Below are positions 1-8,820 of a stretch of 64,000 nt of DNA, in pieces. Under the pieces are notes generated by a model. That model was given only the letters and a program-made list of their open reading frames with translations, had not been told where the DNA came from and searched no databases. Location of the stretch: assembly GCA_965261345.1 (NCBI GenBank), contig OZ253449.1, positions 352,001-416,000 on the forward strand, written 5' to 3'. Each line of letters opens with the position of its first letter. The stretch's first letter is position 1. The DNA is from Chloroflexota bacterium. Its GTDB lineage: Bacteria; Chloroflexota; UBA11872; VXNJ01. The position numbers and the translations under genes are program-made.

Positions 1-460
1 GCCTCCCTACGGATTTGGGTTACAAATCTTGTGCGGCAACGGCCCTGTTTGGGTTGCAAAAACAGCGAGTCAATGCGCCGGCAAAAATGGTTGTCGCTGT
101 TCACCGGAATTTGCGCGTCTGCCGACCGCGGTGCCCGGCAGGGAATTGGCGTATTCGCGCCGCTCTTCCAGGGTGCCGGATCCCAGGTGCCAACCAACGC
201 GCCGCCAGGCGTCGGTCTGGAAGGCGGTTCAGCAGGCCAAGCGGAAGGGGTTGTCACTGAGGGCGATTGCCTGTCAGCTGGGGATTTGGCGGATGACGGT
301 AGCAAAAAACGCCCGCTCCAGCAGCCCGCCACTGAACCGGTTTGGCATGTTGGCATGGGAGAGGCTGGCGTCAATGGAGCGCTACTAGGAAATGCAACCG
401 TTCCCGTCCACCGACATTCTCCCTGATCAATTGGACTGACATAGTCGCTGAGCGTCGACA
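1..460 (+). mobile_element. Right end of an IS1202/ISNCY (IS481-like) insertion sequence
   Basis: Ends in ...CGACA at 460 (TGT on the - strand). Two imperfect 16-bp direct repeats 25 bp apart: CCGACATTCTCCCTGA (411-426) and CTGACATAGTCGCTGA (436-451), 12/16 identical. Confidence 0.55.
29..388 (+). pseudogene. C-terminal fragment of an IS transposase (trailing helix-turn-helix), degenerate
   Basis: Translation WKAVQQAKRKGLSLRAIACQLGIWRMTVAKNARSSSPP resembles the terminal HTH of ISNCY/IS1202-like transposases. No DDE domain is present in the window. An IS-end-like sequence follows it. Confidence 0.6.
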
Positions 461-470
461 GAATTACACG

Positions 471-1250
471 CTAGGCGCGGCCGCGCAGGATCACCTCAGG
501 TGGATGCTCTGAGAAGTCCGGGCCATCGTACCAGTCCAAGTTCTCCACCGGCATTGCGTTGCCATAGGTGGGAACCTTGCCGCCGGCGGCGGCCACGTGG
601 CGGATGCCGTTTGCAACCACCTGCAGGACCTCGGCGTTGTGGTAGATCGGGAGGGTCTCATGTCCGGGCCGGAAATAGAAGATCTTGCCGGCGCCGCGGT
701 AGAAGACACAACCTGAACGAAACACTTCTCCACCCTGGAACCAGCTGACGAACACCAATTCGTCGGGAGCCGGGATGTCGAAATGCTCACCGTACATTTC
801 AGTCTGTTCAATCTCGATGTATTCGCCCAACCCGGCGGCGATGGGGTGGGCCGGATTGACCACCCAGATGCGTTCGCGCTCGTCGGCCTCGCGCCACTTG
901 AGCCAGCAAGTCGTGCCCATGAGTTTCTTAAATATCTTCGAGAGGTGGCCCGAGTGCAGAACCAAAAGCCCCATCCCGTTCATGACACGATCGTGAACCC
1001 GTTCGACCACTTCATCGGCAACTTCGCCGTGGGCGACATGGCCCCACCAAAGCAGGACATCGGTCTGGTCCAAGACCGACTGGGTCAGGCCGTGTTCGGG
1101 CTCGTCAAGGGTCGCGGTCGCAAGCGCCATATCGGCATTGGGGGCAAGTCCGGCGGCGAGCGCCCCGTGAATCCCGTCGGGGTAGATGTCCGCAATCTTG
1201 GCGCTGTTGCGCTCGTGCCGGTATTCGTTCCAGATCGTTACGTTGATCAT
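471..1250 (-). CDS. thuA: ThuA-like (trehalose utilisation) protein
   Basis: [10 protein letters not shown]...[31 protein letters not shown] and YFRPGHET motifs. Confidence 0.9.
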   Translation of the reverse strand: MINVTIWNEYRHERNSAKIADIYPDGIHGALAAGLAPNADMALATATLDEPEHGLTQSVLDQTDVLLWWGHVAHGEVADEVVERVHDRVMNGMGLLVLHSGHLSKIFKKLMGTTCWLKWREADERERIWVVNPAHPIAAGLGEYIEIEQTEMYGEHFDIPAPDELVFVSWFQGGEVFRSGCVFYRGAGKIFYFRPGHETLPIYHNAEVLQVVANGIRHVAAAGGKVPTYGNAMPVENLDWYDGPDFSEHPPEVILRGRA

Positions 1251-1328
1251 CGCGGTCGCCCTGTCGGGTTAGAAGGTGCCGAGGCCGCGCAGCACGGAAA
1301 TTGGCCGGGCCGCATGGATGTGGATGGC

Positions 1329-2486
1329 CTAATTTTGCTTTGGCCGGGCATCGCCTGCGCCACGCCCAAGCAGGCGCGCGAGCCCGGCATCGTCAGCGAG
1401 TAGACAAGCCAGCCGGTCGCGGTCGACCTGATCGGGAGCCGATTGGGCGAGTTGGGAGAGCAGATGGCGTGCTTCGGCCAGGTGCCGGCGGCGGCGCAGG
1501 CGTCGATGCAGCGCGGCGGTGACGGCCAGTAGGATCGCTATGATTGTCAGCCCGGCTGCCAGCGGGCGACCGTCCAGGGCGGTCACAAATCGGTCGATGG
1601 CGCCAAAATTCGGATCGCTGACCGCAAGCATCAGAATTCGTCCGGCCGGCAACGAATCGGCCCCCCATTGACTTAAGGCAGCGCGTTCGGACATTTGCAG
1701 ACCCGGACCCCGTTCCAACCAGGGCGCCGCAAGCGACAACTGGTTCTCCACCGCCCAGGCGCTGAGCCGCTCGACCGGGGCCGACGGAGTAATCGCAAAT
1801 TCTTGGCCGGCGGCGACAAACGGGAATTGATATTCGACGGAAAACGTCGACTGCCCGGGGGCCAGCGTCGCGGTCCCGGCTATCGCCCGGCCATCGTCGG
1901 CCAGCTCCCAAGTCGCCGGACCGCTGAGCGCCCGGAAGTTGCTGGTTGTTGGTGGAAGATCAAGCCGCAGGTAGGAATCTCCGGCGTCTACCAGCAGGGC
2001 CGCCCGCCCCGGCAGATCAAACGTCAGGGTGTGGACCACGCGGAGGGCGCTGCCGGAGGCGGCCAGGGCGAAAACCAGCGAATAGTCGGCTATCGTCAGC
2101 CCCGGGTCCTGGGTCGTGGTCGCAAAAACTTCCAACTCCAACCTGGACTGGGAAGAATCGGCGAATGCGACCGGAGCGCTAGTAAAGCTTCCTCCCTGAT
2201 AGCTTCCGCTGGCAACATAGACCCACCCGGACTCGGTTGCAAGCCCACCAAAAATCGCCTGGCCGGGCTGATCGGTAACAAAATCACTTCGCGTCCAAGC
2301 CAGCACCTCGTTCTCAAATGCCAGCAGCTGGAGATCGATTTCGGTTACCAGCACGCTCTCGGGAGTATTGCCGATCACGGTCACGACGATTTCGCCACCA
2401 GGTTCCTGCGCCATGCTGTCGCCAAATACCCCGATCAGCGTCAATGCCGCCGCAAGCGCCAGCGCAAGGATCGATCGACGGGTCAG
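1329..2486 (-). CDS. Exported, C-terminally membrane-anchored beta-rich protein at the end of the ccm operon
   Basis: ORF track gives a TTG start at 2444. An in-frame CTG at 2486 overlapping the upstream TGA restores a signal peptide (M)TRRSILALALAAALTLIGVFGDSMA-QE. C-terminal TM helix followed by HRRLRRRRH. Confidence 0.7.
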   Translation of the reverse strand: MTRRSILALALAAALTLIGVFGDSMAQEPGGEIVVTVIGNTPESVLVTEIDLQLLAFENEVLAWTRSDFVTDQPGQAIFGGLATESGWVYVASGSYQGGSFTSAPVAFADSSQSRLELEVFATTTQDPGLTIADYSLVFALAASGSALRVVHTLTFDLPGRAALLVDAGDSYLRLDLPPTTSNFRALSGPATWELADDGRAIAGTATLAPGQSTFSVEYQFPFVAAGQEFAITPSAPVERLSAWAVENQLSLAAPWLERGPGLQMSERAALSQWGADSLPAGRILMLAVSDPNFGAIDRFVTALDGRPLAAGLTIIAILLAVTAALHRRLRRRRHLAEARHLLSQLAQSAPDQVDRDRLACLLADDAGLARLLGRGAGDARPKQN

Positions 2487-3544
2487 TTCCAGGTTCGGCC
2501 GCCGTTGGAACTGCGGTAGATTGCGCCATCGTCAGCGAGCGCCCAAAGTGCGCGTTGCCCCGCGTTGGCGCCCAGCACCGCGACCGGAGCAAAGCCGGTT
2601 GGCAGGCGATTCCAGGACAGCCCACCGTCGAGCGAGCGGAACAGTCCGGCGGCGGTAGCGGCGTACAACGCTCCGCTAAAACTGCTCCCGCCGGCCCCGC
2701 TGAAGGTGTCACCACTATCGGGGTCGTAATCGATATCGCGGATGTCAACCGTCGGCAGAGCACCGTTGACAAACCCGTTGGCTCCCGCCCAGCCAGAATT
2801 TCCATCGCCAACCAGCACTCCCTGGACCCGGGTTGCTGCCCAGATTCGCCCATCCCGATCACTAATCGATAACGCGCTAAGACCAGTTGGCGCCCGATCC
2901 AGCGCCCTCTGCCAGGTAGAACCGCCGTCGTTGGAAAGGTAGAGCTGTCGATCACCGGTCGCCAGCGCCAGTCGGCGGCCGCTGCGCGAGGCCCCGACCA
3001 CCTGGACGTCCTCGGGCACTTTGATCGCCGATCGAATGCCATCGTTTAGGCCGATGATTACCCGGTCGGCAGCCAGCAGCAGGCCATCGCCGGCTAGCGC
3101 AAACGGCTGGGGGTCGACCCCGGCCACCCGGGTCGGTCCGGTCCCTCCAAACCCGCCGCGCCACACGCCCTCGCTGGTGCCAACTATCAGCTCGCCGGCC
3201 GAAGGATCAAGCAGCAGGTCACCGGACGGCTGACCCGCGAACTGGGCAACCGGGACAGCTATCGTTTCGTCCCCGGTTCGAAGCGCGGCGACCGCCAACA
3301 GCACCGCCAATCCAACGAACGCAGCGGCGCCGAGCAGGAATACCAATTGGCCGCGCTCGAATCTAAACAAGCGATGGCCGCGACCCGAGAGGGTTCCCGA
3401 CACTGGCGGCGCCAGCAGGTTGGCAACCGTTGCCTGGGGCAATCGCGACGGATCGGGTCGCGACTGGGGAAGCAGCGGCTCGATCGCCAGGCCCAACCCA
3501 ACCACGACGGTCAATCCCAGCAGGATTGCCAGGTATATGGTCAT
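2483..3544 (-). CDS. Two-TM membrane protein with extracytoplasmic BNR/Asp-box beta-propeller
   Basis: Asp-box repeats YLSNDGGSTW, FRSLDGGLSW, YRSSNGGRTW. Two N-terminal hydrophobic helices. ATGA overlap with ccmH. Confidence 0.8.
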   Translation of the reverse strand: MTIYLAILLGLTVVVGLGLAIEPLLPQSRPDPSRLPQATVANLLAPPVSGTLSGRGHRLFRFERGQLVFLLGAAAFVGLAVLLAVAALRTGDETIAVPVAQFAGQPSGDLLLDPSAGELIVGTSEGVWRGGFGGTGPTRVAGVDPQPFALAGDGLLLAADRVIIGLNDGIRSAIKVPEDVQVVGASRSGRRLALATGDRQLYLSNDGGSTWQRALDRAPTGLSALSISDRDGRIWAATRVQGVLVGDGNSGWAGANGFVNGALPTVDIRDIDYDPDSGDTFSGAGGSSFSGALYAATAAGLFRSLDGGLSWNRLPTGFAPVAVLGANAGQRALWALADDGAIYRSSNGGRTWN

Positions 3545-3933
3545 TTCGTCCGCCGCCGGGTGGGCAATTTCCAGCTAAAGCGGGAGGCTGCCAAAACCAG
3601 CCCTGTGGCGATGACTACCACCGGCCCGATCCAGACCCAGAGTTGCGGCCCCGATTTGGGCGGGTCGAGCAGGATCTCTTCCCCGTAGCGGTCCACCAAA
3701 TAGGCGATGATTTCACGTTCGCTGCGCCCAAGGTCCAACTGTTCGGCGATAACCTGGCGCATCTGGACCGCCAATTGCGCGTTCGAGTCCTTAACGCTCT
3801 GGCCGGCGCATACCGGGCAGGCCAGCTGGCCGGCGATCGCCCAAATCTGCTCCTGTCGCGCATCGGCCTTGACCGGAAATGCCAAAACGGCCAGCAGCAG
3901 CAGTGCCAGCAACGTTCCCAATCGCAGATTCAA
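3541..3933 (-). CDS. ccmH: Cytochrome c biogenesis protein CcmH
   Basis: LACPVCAGQSVKDS...DRYGEEILLDPP. Start placed at TTG 3933, which overlaps the ccmF stop (TTGA). Confidence 0.9.
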   Translation of the reverse strand: MNLRLGTLLALLLLAVLAFPVKADARQEQIWAIAGQLACPVCAGQSVKDSNAQLAVQMRQVIAEQLDLGRSEREIIAYLVDRYGEEILLDPPKSGPQLWVWIGPVVVIATGLVLAASRFSWKLPTRRRTK

Positions 3934-5930
3934 TTCGGGCCCTGGGGCCCCTGCTGCCATTCCAACCGCAATTCGCGTCCGCGCCGGCCCGGCTCGGCCA
4001 GCGAAGGCGCCGCCCCCGGCCAGAAGACGATAAGCACTGCCAGCAGGAAGATTGACCCGCCGACCCACATCCAGCCGATGGCCGGATTGATTAGGACCCG
4101 CAGCGACACGTTGTCAAAACTCTCGTCCCAGCCGGCCAGGACCACGTAGAGGTCGTCAAGTTGCGGCAAATCAGTCAATATGCCCACGTCGGAAACTGGC
4201 TGGCTCTCCCAGCCGGCGTGGACGCGTCGGCTTGCCACCAACTGCCGCTCAGATCCCGCTGTGGCAACCTCCAGATTGGCGACAAAGTGGGTTACTGCAG
4301 GTTGGCTGGATACATCGATCCCACGGAAAGTGATCTCGTAGTCCCCGACCCGGGCGCTCTCATCCATTGCAAGCGTCAGCGCCCGTTCGGTCTGAAAACC
4401 GGCGGTGCCGATCGCCCCAACCGCAACCAAGACGATGCCCAGATGGACCAGATATCCGCCCCAGCGGCGGCGATCGGCCCCCAGCGAGAACAAACCGCGC
4501 GCCGCGCCCGCGCGCACTGCCAGACCGGTTTCGAACAGGATCGCCAGCACGGTAAAGACACAGGCTCCAATCGCCACCAACAGCAACGCCCGGCCCACTC
4601 CGGAAACCAAAAACACGCCGCCGACGACCGCCGCTACCGCCAGGGCCGGACCGGCGCGCCGCCAGAACCGGCGCGCCGGTGTCACCCGCCAGGCCAGCAG
4701 CGGACCGACTCCGGCCAGCGCCACCAGGCCAACCAGCAACGGCCCGTTTACCTGGCCGTAGAACGGCGCCCCGACCGAAACCTGGCGTCCGGTAACAAGC
4801 TCGGCGATCAGCGGAAAAATTGTCCCCCAGAAGGTCGTGGCGGCAACCGATGCGAGCAGCAGGTTGTTGAGCAGAAACCCGGATTCGCGCGAGGTCACGG
4901 ATTCGAAACGTCGGCCGCTGCCGAGCAGCGGAGCACGATAGATCATCAACATGAGGGCGATCGTAAGCAGAATCCCGAACCAGGCGAAGAAATAGGGTCC
5001 GATCAGCGATTGGGCAAACGAGTGAACCGAGGTAAGTACCCCTGATCTGACGACAAAAGTCCCAAAGACTGCCAGCACGTAGCAGAGCAGGCAGAGCGCC
5101 AGGTTCCAGGTCTTTAGCATCCCGATCCGTTCCTGGACCATTGCTGAGTGCAGGTAGGCGGTGGCCAGCAACCAGGGGATAAGGGCGACATTCTCAACCG
5201 GATCCCAGCCCCAGAAGCCTCCCCACCCCAGGACGCGATAGGCCCACCAGGCTCCGAGGATGAGACCGGCCCCTTGAAGCGCCCAGGCCAGGAGCATCCA
5301 AGGGCGGTTGACGGCCAGCCATTCGGTGCCTACCCGCCCGGTTGCCAGGGCCGCGATGGCGATCGCAAAGGGGGTTACGAAACTCACGTAACCGGCCGTG
5401 AGCAACGGAGGATGAATCTGCATGGCCAAGTCCCAGAGCAACGGATTGAGTCCGCGCCCGTTAGTGGGAATCGGCACGAGCCGCTCAAACGGCGAACTCT
5501 CAAATACCAGGATCAATAAAAAGAACAGCAGCACGGCCGCCAGCACCGCCCCGACGTAGGGCCCGAATGCCGGCAGGCGCCGCCAGACTAGGGGCACCGC
5601 GATGCCGGCGTGCAGCGAAGTTAGCCAGGCCCACAGCAAAAGCGATCCGGCCTGCCCGCCCCAGATGGCAGAAAAGGTCAATCCGGCCGGCATGTCAGAA
5701 GAGGATTGCTCGGCCACCGAGCGGATCGCGAATTCACCCGCCAGAAACGCCGCGGCCAGGATTCCGATGGCCACCGTGGTGGCCAGGGCCGCCCCCGCCA
5801 AGCTGCCGCGGGCCGATCGCGACAGTCGATCGTCGTGCTGCCAGATCGCCAGCGCCTGGGAGGCCAGCCCGTAGGCGGCAAACGCCAGGGCCATCAGCAG
5901 GGCGAAGCGCCCGAGCGCGGCCAGATCCAT
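3930..5930 (-). CDS. ccmF: Cytochrome c heme lyase CcmF
   Basis: GQAGSLLLW, GLNPLL, IHPP, WGGFWGWDPVEN and SVHSF motifs; 666 aa. Confidence 0.97.
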   Translation of the reverse strand: MDLAALGRFALLMALAFAAYGLASQALAIWQHDDRLSRSARGSLAGAALATTVAIGILAAAFLAGEFAIRSVAEQSSSDMPAGLTFSAIWGGQAGSLLLWAWLTSLHAGIAVPLVWRRLPAFGPYVGAVLAAVLLFFLLILVFESSPFERLVPIPTNGRGLNPLLWDLAMQIHPPLLTAGYVSFVTPFAIAIAALATGRVGTEWLAVNRPWMLLAWALQGAGLILGAWWAYRVLGWGGFWGWDPVENVALIPWLLATAYLHSAMVQERIGMLKTWNLALCLLCYVLAVFGTFVVRSGVLTSVHSFAQSLIGPYFFAWFGILLTIALMLMIYRAPLLGSGRRFESVTSRESGFLLNNLLLASVAATTFWGTIFPLIAELVTGRQVSVGAPFYGQVNGPLLVGLVALAGVGPLLAWRVTPARRFWRRAGPALAVAAVVGGVFLVSGVGRALLLVAIGACVFTVLAILFETGLAVRAGAARGLFSLGADRRRWGGYLVHLGIVLVAVGAIGTAGFQTERALTLAMDESARVGDYEITFRGIDVSSQPAVTHFVANLEVATAGSERQLVASRRVHAGWESQPVSDVGILTDLPQLDDLYVVLAGWDESFDNVSLRVLINPAIGWMWVGGSIFLLAVLIVFWPGAAPSLAEPGRRGRELRLEWQQGPQGPN

Positions 5931-6008
5931 CGCGGCAGTTAGCGATCGCCGCCGGCTGGGGGCCCAGCCTGCGGTAGGGAACCCGTCAGTAGGGCCCAGC
6001 GACGGGAA

Positions 6009-6152
6009 TTAAGCGTGACCGTGATCGCTATCCGATCGGGCCGCGCGGCGGGCAAGCTCGACCCCAATTGCCCGCCAGCGACCGCTGGCGTGAATACCCC
6101 ACACCGCCAGGCAAATGAAAACCGACCCGTACCCGATCAGCGCCATGACCAT
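6009..6152 (-). CDS. ccmD: Probable CcmD (small single-TM heme exporter protein)
   Basis: About 47-54 aa (ATG 6152 or GTG 6173). Hydrophobic stretch with Tyr (ALIGYGSVFICLAVW) followed by an Arg-rich helix. Lies directly downstream of ccmC. Confidence 0.6.
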   Translation of the reverse strand: MVMALIGYGSVFICLAVWGIHASGRWRAIGVELARRAARSDSDHGHA

Positions 6153-6174
6153 ATTGCCGCTCCCATCGTCCACG

Positions 6175-6846
6175 CTAGGCCGTCCCCTCGATTTCGTCGG
6201 TGGCGCGCTCGATCCCGATCTGCAGCCAGAGCATCCAGCCCCAGAGCAGCAGGACCGCAATAGCGGCCACGATCAGGGTATGGGCCATCGCCGGCGGAAG
6301 TCCAGGGGAATCGGGGGCCACGACAGTGGGGGGTGGATGCAGGGTTCGCCACCAATAGGCGGCCATGTAATTGACCGGCACGATGCCCAGCCCGAGCAGA
6401 CCGGCGTAGGCGGCCAACCGCTGGCGGAGCTGGGGTTGGTCGACCCAGCTGCGCAGCAGCAGATAACCGGCTTGGACGAACCACATCACCAACGTGGTCG
6501 TCAATCTGGCATCCCAGGTCCACCAAACACCCCAGACCGCCCGCCCCCAGATCGCTCCACTGGCCAACACCGCGGTGGTAAAAAACACCCCTACCAGTGC
6601 TGCCGAACGGGCGACCCGGTCCATCCGCTCCGATCGCCAAATGAGCGTCCCGATGCTGGCCCCCGCGGTGACCAGGAAGGAAAGATAGGCCGCCGCCGCG
6701 CTGCCCACGTGGACGTAGAGGATCTTCTGCGCGTCGCCCTGGACCGCCTCGCGCGGTGCATAGAGAACTATTGCCACCAGCGCCAGGAGCAATACCGCTG
6801 CCACAATCGCGGAAAAAATCCGGGGCGGCGCGGAACGCTCAATCAT
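6175..6846 (-). CDS. ccmC: Heme exporter protein CcmC
   Basis: LYVHV, WGRAVWGVWWTWDARLT (WWD domain) and TLHP. Start is ATG 6846 or 6855. Confidence 0.95.
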   Translation of the reverse strand: MIERSAPPRIFSAIVAAVLLLALVAIVLYAPREAVQGDAQKILYVHVGSAAAAYLSFLVTAGASIGTLIWRSERMDRVARSAALVGVFFTTAVLASGAIWGRAVWGVWWTWDARLTTTLVMWFVQAGYLLLRSWVDQPQLRQRLAAYAGLLGLGIVPVNYMAAYWWRTLHPPPTVVAPDSPGLPPAMAHTLIVAAIAVLLLWGWMLWLQIGIERATDEIEGTA

Positions 6847-8296
6847 CCAAGACATCCTCGATTGCCAGGATCGCCACGGCGGCAATGAGGCCGGCGTAGG
6901 CCAACCCCAATCCGGCCGTCTGCAGGGAGGGGCCAAGGTAAGTTTGGCCTATTGCCGAACTGGTCGATAGCACGCCCACCAGGACTATCGGCAGGGCCGC
7001 CGGCAGCATCAACAGCGGCCCCAGCACCTCACGGCGGTCGGTCATTGACAAGAGCGATCCGTAAGCGGTGGCCAGCGCCGCCAGGGCGGCGCTTCCCGAC
7101 ACCGCCAGCACCAGCATTGGCGGCTCCAAAAGGTTGGCGTTAAAGAACAGACTGGCGGCGACCAGGCAGACCAGGGCAACCGGCAGCAGGCGAGCCAGCT
7201 GACCGGCCAATTGCGCCATGATCAGCGCGGGTCGTGCGATCGGTTGGGTCAGCAGGAGGGTGAGGGTGCCCGAATCACGCAGGCGCGGGAAACCATCCTG
7301 GGCGCCCAGGATTGCCGCAAAACACAGCGAGGCCCAGAAGCTCCCGATCGCCGCGTCGGCCGATCCCGCGAGCCGGTTGGGCAGGGCCAGGCTCAAACAC
7401 AACATGATCAGAATCGCCAACGCCGCCTGGGCGGCCAAGCTTCCGGGCGAACGCCACAGCTGGACCAACTCCATCCGAGAAAGCGCGTACAGGTCGCCAA
7501 TTCGGCCGAGCGAGAGCTGGTCGGGACCCTGGCGGTCGCTGCCGGACCGCTCCGGCGGTGGCGTCAGCCTGGTGGACGCCGCCAGGGCTGCGGCCGGACT
7601 GCTGTCGACGAGCGGGCAGCCCAATACCACCTGGCCACGGTTGAGCACTACCACCGAATCGGCGATCGCCCAGGTCGATTGCGGGTCATGCGTGGCCAAC
7701 AGGACGGTCTGGCGCCCGGACATCGACTCCAAATAGTGCTGCAACGCGCCCGCACCCTCGGCGTCGAGCCCAGCGAACGGTTCGTCCAACAGGACCAGCC
7801 GCGGGCCGCGGGCGAAGGTTAAGGCCAGCTCTAACCGCTGGCGCTGCCCTCGTGAGAGGGTCGAAACCTTACGCGAGAGCAATTCATTTAGCCCGAAAAG
7901 CTCGACCAGCTGCCCGATCGCCGGTCGGCTTCCAGCCGGCCCCAGTCGGCTGTAAAAATCCAAGTTTTCAGCGACCAGCGCCTGCCCGAAGGCTCCGCCA
8001 CGGTGCCCGAGGCCGGCGGTTACCGCCCGTCGGCGCCAATTCCCCGATCCGATCGGGCGACCTTCGAAGACGGCCTGCCCCTGGTCCGCGCGCAGGCTGC
8101 CGGCCAGGATTCTTAACAGGGTGGTCTTCCCGGCGCCGTTGCTGCCTAGCACCAGGCAGGTTTGGCCGGATTCAACGTCAAACCCGACGCTGGCGAGCGC
8201 CAGGGTGCTGCCGTAGCGCCGCGATAGTCCCGAAACGCGCAGGCCGGTCGGCGTTCTGGGGTCCTGGACCTTGGCGCTAATCGGCGGGCCGTTCAG
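6839..8296 (-). CDS. ccmAB: Fused CcmA (ABC ATPase)-CcmB (permease)
   Basis: Walker A GSNGAGKT, signature LSRGQ, Walker B LVLLDEP and ATH switch. A Pro-rich linker then leads to a CcmB-like TM domain (DSGTLTLLL, REVLGPLLMLP). The conserved ABC N-terminus extends upstream of GTG 8152 to CTG 8296. Confidence 0.88.
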   Translation of the reverse strand: MNGPPISAKVQDPRTPTGLRVSGLSRRYGSTLALASVGFDVESGQTCLVLGSNGAGKTTLLRILAGSLRADQGQAVFEGRPIGSGNWRRRAVTAGLGHRGGAFGQALVAENLDFYSRLGPAGSRPAIGQLVELFGLNELLSRKVSTLSRGQRQRLELALTFARGPRLVLLDEPFAGLDAEGAGALQHYLESMSGRQTVLLATHDPQSTWAIADSVVVLNRGQVVLGCPLVDSSPAAALAASTRLTPPPERSGSDRQGPDQLSLGRIGDLYALSRMELVQLWRSPGSLAAQAALAILIMLCLSLALPNRLAGSADAAIGSFWASLCFAAILGAQDGFPRLRDSGTLTLLLTQPIARPALIMAQLAGQLARLLPVALVCLVAASLFFNANLLEPPMLVLAVSGSAALAALATAYGSLLSMTDRREVLGPLLMLPAALPIVLVGVLSTSSAIGQTYLGPSLQTAGLGLAYAGLIAAVAILAIEDVLDD

Positions 8297-8769
8297 TTGG
8301 CCAGATCATCGACCGATTGAAATTCAGGACCGTGTTGGACCAGCAAATTGGAAGCCTCCAGTACTCCATTGCGCAGATGCCCCTCGACGACCACTTCCTG
8401 GTATTTCTGTTCGTCCGAATATCCCAGCAGGTCGGGCGGTACGCTGCCGTAGCTGACCGGGAATCGCTCCTGTCCGTCGGTTAGCGTAAAGCGGATCCAG
8501 AGTCGGGTGTCATCCTGGACGATCGATCCATCATCGATCCGTCCCTGTACCCGCACCGCCCGGCCGGACAGCTCGGCTGCCTCCTCGGCCAGTTCGCCCA
8601 CCGTCAGGTAATAGACCGCCCCAGCTTGGGCGGCCGAGTAGGCAAGATAGGCCACCGCCAGTACGATCACCGCGATGACCAGCGCAAGGGCGGGCGAAAA
8701 ACGCGGGCGGCGGTTTTCCAAAGTCCCGGTCGAGGGCAAGGTGCCTAATTCTTTAATCGGCGCGGACAA
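8293..8769 (-). CDS. ccmE: Heme chaperone CcmE
   Basis: TM anchor, VYYLTVGEL, VRVQG, VSYGSVPPDL, VVVEG; heme-binding motif reads HGPEF. Confidence 0.9.
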   Translation of the reverse strand: MSAPIKELGTLPSTGTLENRRPRFSPALALVIAVIVLAVAYLAYSAAQAGAVYYLTVGELAEEAAELSGRAVRVQGRIDDGSIVQDDTRLWIRFTLTDGQERFPVSYGSVPPDLLGYSDEQKYQEVVVEGHLRNGVLEASNLLVQHGPEFQSVDDLAN

Positions 8770-8778
8770 AACCGGCAG

Positions 8779-8784
8779 ATTCTA
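8779..8784 (-). promoter_or_regulatory. Possible -10 element upstream of ccmE
   Basis: TAGAAT on the - strand, 9 nt before the TTG start, in a short AT-richer gap. No clear -35. Confidence 0.3.
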
Positions 8785-8820
8785 TTTGTCAGCGCTGGTG
8801 GGATGTGCCCGGGGGACACC

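Noticed and set aside
4161-5045. Long antisense ORFs (also 1695-2519, 6115-6888, 27196-27873, 46948-47589)
   Set aside because: Shadow frames of well-supported genes in GC-rich DNA, with no motifs.
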